Shown here: positions 10,059 through 17,760 of the stretch, piece after piece | How positions within the stretch are numbered: position 1 is the first letter of the stretch | How the letters are laid out: every line of letters begins with the position of its first letter | NCBI GenBank assembly: GCA_041479415.1 | Contig: JBGOXY010000001.1 | Coordinates: 1 to 41,399, forward strand | Direction of reading: 5' to 3' | Length of the DNA stretch: 41,399 bases | Source: Anaerolineae bacterium | GTDB lineage: Bacteria; Chloroflexota; Anaerolineae; Anaerolineales; RBG-16-64-43 | The notes under the pieces: generated by a model | What the model was told of the DNA's origin: nothing | Database searches by the model: none | The model's input: the letters and a program-made list of their open reading frames with translations, nothing else | Position numbers and translations under genes: made by a program

Positions 10059-10067
10059 TGCTAGAAT
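10059..10067 (+). promoter_or_regulatory. candidate extended -10 promoter (TGcTAGAAT) for the AP-superfamily/maf/PBP/rsgA unit
   Basis: TG at 10059-10060 and TAGAAT at 10062-10067. GGAGG at 10076-10080 and ATG 10086 follow. There is no good -35. Confidence 0.45.
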
Positions 10068-10085
10068 GACCGCCCGGAGGTATTG

Positions 10086-11753
10086 ATGCGCCGCTATCGA
10101 GTGTTGGCCCTCAGATCATTCGGGTTTCTGGTCCTGGCCGGGTTGAGCGGGCTGGCTTTGGCCGGCCTGATGAATTCGATGTCGACCTTCCGCTCGCCCT
10201 TCCGTGCCGAGGTTCTGCCGCAGGCCGCCGCGGTGGGCGAGGCGCAGACCGAGCGCCTGGTGATCGTACTTGTCGACGCGCTGCGTTACGACACCTCGCT
10301 CGACGCGCACCTCATGCCGACTCTGGCCGAGTTGCGCGCCAACGGTGCCTCGGCCGAAATGCTCGCCCGCCCACCTTCGTACTCCGAGCCCATGTGGGCC
10401 GTGCTTCTCAGCGGCGCCTACCCCGAGATCAGCGGGGCGCCCTTACTCAACCTCGCCTACGACGAGCTTTCGCCGCTACCCGCCGAAACGCTGTTCAGCG
10501 TGAGCCATCGCGCCGGTTTGACAACCGCCGTCTCGGGCTTCAACTGGTTCGAGCGAATGATTCCCGTCGCTGAGCGGGACGCGGGGTTCTTCACCGCAGG
10601 GGAAGACCACGCCGCCGATGTGACCGTCCTTGAGGCCGCCCTGCCCTGGCTGGCCGCTCGAGACGCCCGTCTCATCCTCATTCATCTCGACCAGGTCGAT
10701 TACGCCGGCCATCATGAAGGCGGCCCACGCGATCCACACTGGGCCGAAGCGGCAGCACGTGTGGATGGAATGTTGCATTCGATTATCTCGCAGCTCGATT
10801 TGACGCGCGACACGCTGCTGGTCGTCGGCGATCACGGGCAGATCGATCGTGGCGGGCACGGCGGGCAGGATCTCGAGGCCCTAACCACGGTCTTCGTCGT
10901 AGCCGGCGCTGGCGTGAGACCCGGCGACCTGGGCACAATCGCCATGGCCGACGTCGCCCCGACCATGGCCGCGCTGCTCGGCGTGCCCTTGCCCTCGGCC
11001 AACCAGGGTCACATCCTGCCGATCCTCATCGTTTCGCCACAATCCGTATCAGCGCTCACGCAACAACAGACCGCACTCGCCCAGGCTTACCTGACGGCCA
11101 TCGGCCAACCTGGATCAACCGCAAGCATCGCTGAAGCGGCGGACCCGGTGGCCGAGGCGCAGACCGTCATGCAGCGCGCCCGGGAAGCCCGCCTCGCCGA
11201 CGAACGCCTGCCGCGCGCGGTGATTTCCGTGGCGGTGCTAGCCCTGCTCACCGCCGCCGCACTTCGCGCACGCCGCGCCCTCGCCCCGCTCGCGCTGTCC
11301 GCACTGTCGGCGGTCGTGCTCTTCCATGTTTTGTATGTCCTGATTGAGCAGCGAACCTACTCGTTGAGCAGCGTGGAAAGCCAAACAGGGATTCTGACCG
11401 CCGCCGGTGTCAACGGCCTGGCCGGGTACCTGCTGGGAGCCGCTCTCGTCACCTGGCAGGCGTGGCGGCGCGGCGAGCGCGGGATGTTTGTTGCGCAACG
11501 TCTGCACCTCTACACGCTGCTGGCGGCCGCGATGATTCTGCCGCTGCTCCTCCCGGGTTTCTGGGATTTTGGATTGCGGCTCACCTGGACGCTGCCCGAT
11601 TTCCTCTTCGCCTTCTTGGCCTTTCTGGGTTTGTTACAATTGCTGCTCACCTGTTCTCTGGGCGTCGTGCTGCCGGCGCTGATCGGCGGCGGCACCCATC
11701 TCCTGGAGCGGATTGGGGCACGAGCCATGCGCCGCTCCGGGCCGCGGCCGTAA
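10086..11753 (+). CDS. alkaline-phosphatase-superfamily (nucleotide pyrophosphatase/phosphodiesterase-like) integral membrane protein
   Basis: ORF 10083-11753; I prefer ATG 10086, 5 nt after GGAGG. One N-terminal TM precedes the AP-superfamily metal and nucleophile motifs: [35 protein letters not shown] and [15 protein letters not shown]. About five C-terminal TM helices follow. Confidence 0.8.
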   Translation: MRRYRVLALRSFGFLVLAGLSGLALAGLMNSMSTFRSPFRAEVLPQAAAVGEAQTERLVIVLVDALRYDTSLDAHLMPTLAELRANGASAEMLARPPSYSEPMWAVLLSGAYPEISGAPLLNLAYDELSPLPAETLFSVSHRAGLTTAVSGFNWFERMIPVAERDAGFFTAGEDHAADVTVLEAALPWLAARDARLILIHLDQVDYAGHHEGGPRDPHWAEAAARVDGMLHSIISQLDLTRDTLLVVGDHGQIDRGGHGGQDLEALTTVFVVAGAGVRPGDLGTIAMADVAPTMAALLGVPLPSANQGHILPILIVSPQSVSALTQQQTALAQAYLTAIGQPGSTASIAEAADPVAEAQTVMQRAREARLADERLPRAVISVAVLALLTAAALRARRALAPLALSALSAVVLFHVLYVLIEQRTYSLSSVESQTGILTAAGVNGLAGYLLGAALVTWQAWRRGERGMFVAQRLHLYTLLAAAMILPLLLPGFWDFGLRLTWTLPDFLFAFLAFLGLLQLLLTCSLGVVLPALIGGGTHLLERIGARAMRRSGPRP

Positions 11754-11762
11754 GGAGCACCC

Positions 11763-12512
11763 ATTACCCGCGCTGCTCAATCGCCCGGCGATCAAACGCC
11801 CCGTCTGATTCTCGCCTCCGCTTCTCCTCGCCGGCGGGAACTCGTGGCATTGCTCGGCCTTCCTTTCGATGTGCTGACCGCCCCTATTGATGAGCGACCG
11901 CGCGAGGGCGAAACCGCCGATGGCCTGACATGCCGCTTGAGCCAGAAGAAGGCGCACGCCGTGGCCTGCCTCGTGGGAGAATCGCCCGCCTGGATTCTCG
12001 CAGCCGATACGGTTGTCGTCCACAACGGCGAGATGCTCGGCAAACCGGCGGATCGCGCGCAGGCACGTGAGTACCTGACGCGCTTGCGCGATACGGCACA
12101 CGAGGCGGTGTCGGGAGTCACCCTGCTCAACGCCCTCACCTTCACCCAGCGCACGGAGACATACCGTACCTGGGTCCGCATGCGTGCTTACAGTGAGCCC
12201 GAGCTGCTGGCCTACCTTGAAAGCGGCGACGCGATGGACAAGGCCGGTGCCTACGCCATTCAGCACGAAGCGTTCCATCCGGTAGCCTCTCTCGAGGGCT
12301 GCTATGCCAATGTGATGGGGCTTCCATTGTGCATGGTGCAGCGGATGCTGATCGAGGCGACCGGCTGGGCGCTGCCGGCGCTTCCAGAAACATGTGACGG
12401 CGCCCTGGGTTCGGCCTGTGCAGTGTCATTGGGCACTTTTGACCACGCTTCATCTTCGCACCAACCATTGAGACTTGTGGCACGGCTCCAGGCCCTGCCA
12501 GCTAAAGGCTGA
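11763..12512 (+). CDS. maf: Maf-like nucleoside triphosphate pyrophosphatase (start codon uncertain; ATT 11763 proposed)
   Basis: The ORF track starts at GTG 11844, but the in-frame upstream codons encode the conserved Maf N-terminus RLILASASPRRRELVALLGLPF. AAGGAG at 11752-11757 lies 5 nt before ATT 11763. The Maf core continues to DKAGAYAIQ. The TGA overlaps the next gene's ATG by 1 nt. Confidence 0.8.
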   Translation: MTRAAQSPGDQTPRLILASASPRRRELVALLGLPFDVLTAPIDERPREGETADGLTCRLSQKKAHAVACLVGESPAWILAADTVVVHNGEMLGKPADRAQAREYLTRLRDTAHEAVSGVTLLNALTFTQRTETYRTWVRMRAYSEPELLAYLESGDAMDKAGAYAIQHEAFHPVASLEGCYANVMGLPLCMVQRMLIEATGWALPALPETCDGALGSACAVSLGTFDHASSSHQPLRLVARLQALPAKG

Positions 12513-14737
12513 TGGTCCCTTCGCGTTCCCTTCCTTATTGGAGGCTGGCTGCGATCCTCCCCTTTCTGGCGGTGTTGGTGGCCTGCTCGGGCGCAGGGCA
12601 GGCGACGGGCACGCCGTTGCCCTCGCCCCAGGTCCTGGTGACTCCTGCTCCCGACCCCGAGTTGGCCGCAGGCACGTTCCTCGGTGCGTGGCAGCGCGGC
12701 GACTACGACGCGATGTATGCCGGCCTCTCCACGCTGAGCCGCGATGCCATGACGGTCGACGCCTTCCGCGAGCGCTACCAGGAGGTGGCCGCCGCGGCCA
12801 CGCTCAGCGGGCTCGATTACCAGACCCACGGCGCGCGGGTCAGCACTCAGACGGCCGAGGTCAGCTTCAGCCTGACCCTGCATACGGCCGTTGTGGGCGA
12901 CCTGGTGCGCCAAGTCTCCATGCCGTTGCGGCTGGAACAAGGCCAATGGAAGGTGGCCTGGGACGAGACCCTGATCCTGCCCGAACTCCGCGGCGGCAAC
13001 TCGCTGTTGATGGAACAGACCATCCCGGCGCGCGGCAACATATATGACCGCAACGGCAAAGCCCTGGCCTACGAGACCGACTCGGCTTCGCTCGGCGTCA
13101 TCCCGGGGCAGATCACTGATGAGGCTCGTCTCTTGGAGGAGCTCAGTACGCTGCTCAACTTGCATCCGCAAGTGATCCGCTCGCTCTATGCCGACGCACC
13201 GCCCGATTGGTACGTGCCCGTGGGCATTGCCTCGCTCGACGAGGTTAAGAATCGCTACGAGGCGCTCACCACGCTGGGCGGTCTGGTGATGCGCACCTCA
13301 CACTCGCGTTACTACTACGGCGGCGGCAGCGCTTCGCACGTGGTCGGCTTCATCTCGCAGGTGCCCGAGGAACAACTGCAGGCGTATCAGGCGCGCGGCT
13401 ATCGCGGCGATGAGAAGGTGGGCGTGATGGGGGTCGAGGCCTGGGGCGAGCCGTTCCTGGCCGGCAAGCACGGCGGGCGGCTGCTGGTTGTGGCGCCGAC
13501 GGGTCAGGTGGTGGCCACCCTGGCCGAAAGCCCGCTGCAACCCGCCGCCTCCATATACACCACCCTCGATCGAGACCTGCAAACCAAGGTCGAACGCTTC
13601 GGGCTGGGCGCACTCCCCGGCGCGATCGTCTTGCTCCAGCGCGATACCGGTGAAGTCCTGGCCATGGTCTCGAGCCCCGGCTTCGACAACAACCTGTTCG
13701 ATCCAGGCAATTACAACAGCGAGTATCTTCTGCCACAGATCCTCAGCGACCCGCGCATCCCGCTGCTCAATCGCGCCACGCAGGGCCAATACCCGCTCGG
13801 CTCGGTTTTCAAGATCGTCACCCTGTCGGCGGCGCTCGAATCCGGGTACTACACACCGGATACAAGCTATCGCTGCACCGGCTACTTCCGCGAAATACCG
13901 GGAGTGGTTCTCACCGATTGGACAGTCTCGTGGGGGCGGCCGCCCCACGGGGTGATCGACCTGGTTCACGGGCTGATCCAATCCTGCGATCCGTTCTTCT
14001 GGCACATCGGGCTCGACCTGTACACCAAAGACCAATGGCTGGTGCCGAACATGGCCCGCGGCTTCGGGCTCGGCAAGGCCACCGGCCTCGAGGTGCTGCC
14101 GGAAGAGGCCGGGTTGATCCCTGACCCAGCCTGGAAGAAGGAAACGCTCGGCGAAGACTGGCTGGCCGGGGATGCGGTCAACTCGGCCATCGGCCAGGGG
14201 CGGGTGCTCGTCACGCCGCTGCAGGTCGCCGACTTCGTCGCAGCGGTTGGCAACGGCGGCACCTTGTATCGCCCTCAACTCATCCACCACATTCAACCGC
14301 CGATTGGCGACCCGCTCTACACCTTCACACCTGAGACGCGCGGTCAACTGCCGCTGAGTGCAGAAAACCTGGCCACGGTCCAGCAGGCCATGCAGGGCGT
14401 GGTCTCCGACGAGAACGGCACCGCCCGCTTCCGCTTCCTCGGTCTGGAGGTCAAGGTGGCCGGCAAGACCGGCACCGCAGAAGACCCGCGCGGCGCGCCG
14501 CATGCCTGGTTTACCGGGTACACCTACGACAACCGCCCCGACAAACCCGACGTCGCCATGGTGGTCATCGCCGAGAACCAGGGCGAGGGTTCACAGATCG
14601 CCGCCCCCATCTTCCGCCGCGTGCTGGAGATCTACTTCTTCGGCAAGCCGCTGACGAAGTACCCTTGGGAGGCGGAGATCGGCCTGACCGCAACGCCGAC
14701 GGGCGGCCCCGGCGAGACCGTCACCCCCGAACCCTAA
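12512..14737 (+). CDS. class B penicillin-binding protein (PBP2-type transpeptidase) with NTF2-like N-terminal domain, lipoprotein
   Basis: Lipobox LVAC-SG. An NTF2/MecA_N-like segment is present (FLGAWQRGDYDAMYAGLS...QGQWKVAWDETL). Transpeptidase motifs are SVFK (SxxK), SCD (SxN/D) and KTGTA. Confidence 0.9.
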   Translation: MVPSRSLPYWRLAAILPFLAVLVACSGAGQATGTPLPSPQVLVTPAPDPELAAGTFLGAWQRGDYDAMYAGLSTLSRDAMTVDAFRERYQEVAAAATLSGLDYQTHGARVSTQTAEVSFSLTLHTAVVGDLVRQVSMPLRLEQGQWKVAWDETLILPELRGGNSLLMEQTIPARGNIYDRNGKALAYETDSASLGVIPGQITDEARLLEELSTLLNLHPQVIRSLYADAPPDWYVPVGIASLDEVKNRYEALTTLGGLVMRTSHSRYYYGGGSASHVVGFISQVPEEQLQAYQARGYRGDEKVGVMGVEAWGEPFLAGKHGGRLLVVAPTGQVVATLAESPLQPAASIYTTLDRDLQTKVERFGLGALPGAIVLLQRDTGEVLAMVSSPGFDNNLFDPGNYNSEYLLPQILSDPRIPLLNRATQGQYPLGSVFKIVTLSAALESGYYTPDTSYRCTGYFREIPGVVLTDWTVSWGRPPHGVIDLVHGLIQSCDPFFWHIGLDLYTKDQWLVPNMARGFGLGKATGLEVLPEEAGLIPDPAWKKETLGEDWLAGDAVNSAIGQGRVLVTPLQVADFVAAVGNGGTLYRPQLIHHIQPPIGDPLYTFTPETRGQLPLSAENLATVQQAMQGVVSDENGTARFRFLGLEVKVAGKTGTAEDPRGAPHAWFTGYTYDNRPDKPDVAMVVIAENQGEGSQIAAPIFRRVLEIYFFGKPLTKYPWEAEIGLTATPTGGPGETVTPEP

Positions 14738-14765
14738 GCCGCGCTCGCCATCGGCCTCCACCGGC

Positions 14766-15689
14766 ATGTCGACACCCACGCTGCACCCCGGACAAATCAT
14801 CAAGGCCCAATCTGGATTCTTCACCGTGCAGTGGGCCGGCGGAATGACCATATGCCAGCTGCGCGGCAGGCTCAAACAACATCGCCGCGCGACCGATCTG
14901 GCGGCGGTGGGCGATCGCGTGCTGATCGACCTGGCCGAAGATGGCAGTGGACAAATCTGCCAGGTGCTCCCACGCGCGCGTGTTCTCTCTCGCCGCGCCC
15001 CGCGGGCCGATGACCGCCAGGCCTCGGTCGAGCAGGTGCTGGTGGCCAACCCCGATCAGGTGCTGTTCGTATTCGCCTGCGCACAGCCGGCGCCCCACCT
15101 GCGTATGCTCGACCGCTTTCTGGTGGCGGCCGAACGCACCAACCTGCCGGCCCGCATTTGCGCAAACAAGATCGACCTGGTCGGGCCGGCGGCCGCTCGA
15201 GCACTCTTCGATTTGTATCCACCTATCGGCTACGAGGTGCTCTACACCTCCGCTGAGACCGGTGAGGGCGTCGCTGAATTGCGCGCCGCCCTGCAGGGGA
15301 AGCTTTCGGTTCTGTCCGGGCCGTCCGGAGTCGGCAAGACCAGCCTGCTCAATGCAGTGCAACCCGGGCTGGGGCTCAGCGTGCGCCGGGTCAGCCGTGC
15401 CACGAGCAAAGGCCGTCACACGACGGTCGTCCCGGAGATCCTGCCGCTTGCGCAGGGTGGGTTTGTGGCCGACACGCCGGGCGTGCGCGCGATGGGCTTG
15501 TGGGATATCGAACCCGAGGAACTCGACGCATACTTCCCCGAAATCCGCCCACTGGTGGACCAGTGCCAATTCAACGACTGCTCGCATCTCTCTGAACCGG
15601 GGTGTGCCGTGCGCCGGGCGGCCGAGAGCGGAGGCATCGATCCGCGCCGATACGATTCGTATGCCCGCCTGAGGCGCGGCGAGCGGTGA
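14766..15689 (+). CDS. rsgA: ribosome small-subunit-dependent GTPase A
   Basis: Circularly permuted GTPase motifs in the order NKIDL, GPSGVGKTSLLN, DTPG. The C-terminal zinc knuckle CQFNDCSHLSEPGCAV is present. Confidence 0.92.
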   Translation: MSTPTLHPGQIIKAQSGFFTVQWAGGMTICQLRGRLKQHRRATDLAAVGDRVLIDLAEDGSGQICQVLPRARVLSRRAPRADDRQASVEQVLVANPDQVLFVFACAQPAPHLRMLDRFLVAAERTNLPARICANKIDLVGPAAARALFDLYPPIGYEVLYTSAETGEGVAELRAALQGKLSVLSGPSGVGKTSLLNAVQPGLGLSVRRVSRATSKGRHTTVVPEILPLAQGGFVADTPGVRAMGLWDIEPEELDAYFPEIRPLVDQCQFNDCSHLSEPGCAVRRAAESGGIDPRRYDSYARLRRGER

Positions 15690-15720
15690 GGCCGCGGCGC
15701 GCCCTCCGAGCCTGGCGCGC

Positions 15721-15749
15721 TTGCCGGCCTGTAGCGCACGCCTTATACT
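15721..15749 (+). promoter_or_regulatory. candidate promoter TTGCCG-N17-TATACT upstream of the LGFP-like lipoprotein gene
   Basis: -35 TTGCCG at 15721-15726, a 17-nt spacer, and -10 TATACT at 15744-15749. A GC hairpin and T-rich run (15759-15792) lie between it and ATG 15793. Confidence 0.35.
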
Positions 15750-15792
15750 CCTCGTGGCGCGCGGCACACGTGCGCCGCGTTTCCTTCTTTTT

Positions 15793-17058
15793 ATGAAGCC
15801 TGCCACCCTTCGCTCTCACGCCATACGCCTCAGCCTGCAGCTCGTCGCCGCCCTTTGGCTCGGCGCGTGCTCCGCCTTGCCCGCGGTTCAAGTGACACCG
15901 CCCGCCAGCGGCACGGCTCCCGCCCCGGCTGTGCCCAGCCGGGCGTTCGACAACGGTCATCGCATCCAAGGCGCCTTCCTGACCGGGTTCGATTCCTCGG
16001 GCGGTCTCGCCTGGTTGGGGCAGCCCATCAGCCAGTTGATTCTCGACCACGACCTCGGCTGGGTGCTGCAAGTTTTCGAGTTGGGTGTGCTCGCCCAGGA
16101 TCCCTCCGACGAGAGTGTCTTCCCACTGCGTGCCAATGTCATCCTCGGGCGGCAAACGGCGCCGGCCGCGGCCAGCCCAGACAGCGGCTGCACCTTCTTT
16201 GCGGAAACCGGTCACAACCTGTGCCACGGCCTGCGCCTGTTCTGGGAAACATCCGACCGCGCACGTCTCGGGCTGCCCATCTCCGAAGAGTGGGTTGAGA
16301 ACGATGGCGGGCTCACCCAAGATTTCGAATTCGCGCGGCTGCATGCCGTCGGCGGCCAGGTCGCGCGCCAGCCCATTGGCGCCTCCTTCTTTGCCGCGCG
16401 CGGGTACGATGCCGCACTCCTTGAACCGCCCGTCGCGTTCACACCCACCTCGCCGCCTCGCGCCACGGCCAGCCTGGCGCCGTTGCACACGCTCACGGCC
16501 ACCGCTCCGGCCATGGCCTCCACGCCGTCGCCGAACCCGCCCGGGGTGCCCAGCGCAACACCCAGCGCACTGGTTTTCTCGAACGGTCTGGCCGTGGCAG
16601 GCGAGTTCCTCATTGCCTATCGGGCTGCAGGAGGCGAGGTGTGGCTCGGTTTGCCGCTCTCAGCCGCCTTCGTCGACCAGGACCTCGGCCTCACGCTGCA
16701 AGTTTTCGAATACGGCGCGCTGGCCATGGAACCCGAAGGCGACCACGCCTTCCTGGCCAGCATCACCACTCTGATGGGCCGCCAACAGCCGCCCGTGCCC
16801 GCCGTGAGCGACTCGGGCTGCGACTACTTTGAGGAGACCGGCTACAACGTGTGCTACCAGTTCCGCACGACGTATCGCGAGTTGGGGCGCGTGCGGCTGG
16901 GCTTCCCTCTCACCGAGGTGGAAATGGATGCCCGCGGCGTCCTCGGCCAGGATTTCGAATATGCCCGGCTCGAGTGGCTCAACGGCAAGGTCCACCGCGC
17001 GCCGATCGGGCGAGACTTCCTGCGCACGCGCAGCAGCGGGGCTTTCTCCGGCTCCTGA
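15793..17058 (+). CDS. secreted lipoprotein with two tandem modules of LGFP-like repeats
   Basis: ORF 15721-17058, trimmed to ATG 15793 (MKPATLRSHAIRLSLQLVAALWLGAC, a lipobox). Two modules of about 150 aa are separated by a Pro/Thr/Ala linker. Each module carries WLG.P(I/L)S...LQVFE.G, a Cys pair (SGC.(Y/F)F.ETG.N.C), and LG(L/F)P..E....G.L.QDFE(F/Y)ARL. Confidence 0.75.
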   Translation: MKPATLRSHAIRLSLQLVAALWLGACSALPAVQVTPPASGTAPAPAVPSRAFDNGHRIQGAFLTGFDSSGGLAWLGQPISQLILDHDLGWVLQVFELGVLAQDPSDESVFPLRANVILGRQTAPAAASPDSGCTFFAETGHNLCHGLRLFWETSDRARLGLPISEEWVENDGGLTQDFEFARLHAVGGQVARQPIGASFFAARGYDAALLEPPVAFTPTSPPRATASLAPLHTLTATAPAMASTPSPNPPGVPSATPSALVFSNGLAVAGEFLIAYRAAGGEVWLGLPLSAAFVDQDLGLTLQVFEYGALAMEPEGDHAFLASITTLMGRQQPPVPAVSDSGCDYFEETGYNVCYQFRTTYRELGRVRLGFPLTEVEMDARGVLGQDFEYARLEWLNGKVHRAPIGRDFLRTRSSGAFSGS

Positions 17059-17305
17059 GCGGGGTGCACCCCGATCCCCCGACCATTCCACCCACTCACC
17101 GGGGTCGTCCGCGGCTTGGGCCTGCACTCGATCGAAGGTCGACCTGTGCCAATTGAAGGGCCAACGCGGCCGGCCGGGCATACCCGCTCCCCCCTCAGCC
17201 AAGGAGTTCTCGGCACGGCACCTCATAGACAGATGTACCATCGAGGGGGAGTTGCGCTGCGACCTCGAAAGGCGCCTCATCCGGTCAGAAAATGGCGTCT
17301 CCGAC

Positions 17306-17334
17306 TTGACTCACCGCCGAGGTTGTGCTACGAT
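17306..17334 (+). promoter_or_regulatory. sigma70-type promoter TTGACT-N17-TACGAT for the cold-shock gene
   Basis: -35 at 17306-17311, a 17-nt spacer, and -10 at 17329-17334. This implies a 5' UTR of about 135 nt, a length typical of csp genes. Confidence 0.55.
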
Positions 17335-17475
17335 TTTGAATGTGTGGGACGCGGTATTAGCTCGGAAGGCAGGACCGCCGCTCTAGCAACACTCGGAGCG
17401 GCATTTTCTGTTCCTCTCCACCGCTGGCTGCGCCCTAGGACCCACTTTTCTTTCCCGGCAACAGGAGGCACGGGC

Positions 17476-17688
17476 ATGACTGAACGAATCGTCGGAACCG
17501 TCAAGTGGTTCAATGCCACCAAGGGCTATGGCTTCATTGCCCGCGAGGGTGGCGAGGATGTCTTCGTCCACTTCTCGGCCATTCAAATGGATGGCTACAA
17601 GAAGTTGGAGGAAGGCCAGCAGGTGGAGTTCTCGATTGAGAACGGCCCCAAGGGATTGCAGGCAGCGAACGTCATTCCCGTCCGCTAG
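17476..17688 (+). CDS. cspA: cold-shock protein (CspA family)
   Basis: 70 aa: [36 protein letters not shown]..., with RNP1 (KGYGFI) and RNP2 (VFVHF). AGGAGG lies 7 nt upstream of ATG 17476. The longer in-frame ORF from 17116 was rejected. Confidence 0.95.
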   Translation: MTERIVGTVKWFNATKGYGFIAREGGEDVFVHFSAIQMDGYKKLEEGQQVEFSIENGPKGLQAANVIPVR

Positions 17689-17715
17689 GCAACCGAACGC
17701 ATTCCCAGAACCAAA

Positions 17716-17743
17716 AACGGCCCGTCCAATTGGACGGGCCGTT
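17716..17743. terminator. bidirectional stem-loop between convergent csp and pheT
   Basis: Perfect palindrome AACGGCCCGTCCA-AT-TGGACGGGCCGTT. It is preceded by AAAAA on the plus strand, which reads as a U-run on the minus-strand transcript. Confidence 0.6.
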
Positions 17744-17760
17744 GAGTTAACTTCTCACGG

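Noticed and set aside
12302-14503. Long minus-strand ORFs 12302-13171 (289 aa) and 13298-14503 (401 aa)
   Set aside because: Both lie entirely antisense to the PBP gene, which carries clear SxxK/SxD/KTG motifs. Their products are Arg/Gly/Ala/Asp-rich low-complexity translations typical of antisense frames in GC-rich DNA.
14721-16488. Minus-strand ORFs 14721-15806 (361 aa) and 15571-16488 (305 aa)
   Set aside because: They are antisense to rsgA and to the LGFP-like lipoprotein gene. They have no motifs and Arg-rich composition, so I treat them as shadow frames.
17116-17475. In-frame N-terminal extension of the cold-shock ORF (190 aa instead of 70 aa)
   Set aside because: Csp proteins are about 70 aa. 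ATG 17476 has a perfect AGGAGG RBS. The extension covers a good promoter (17306-17334) and has no protein-like features.
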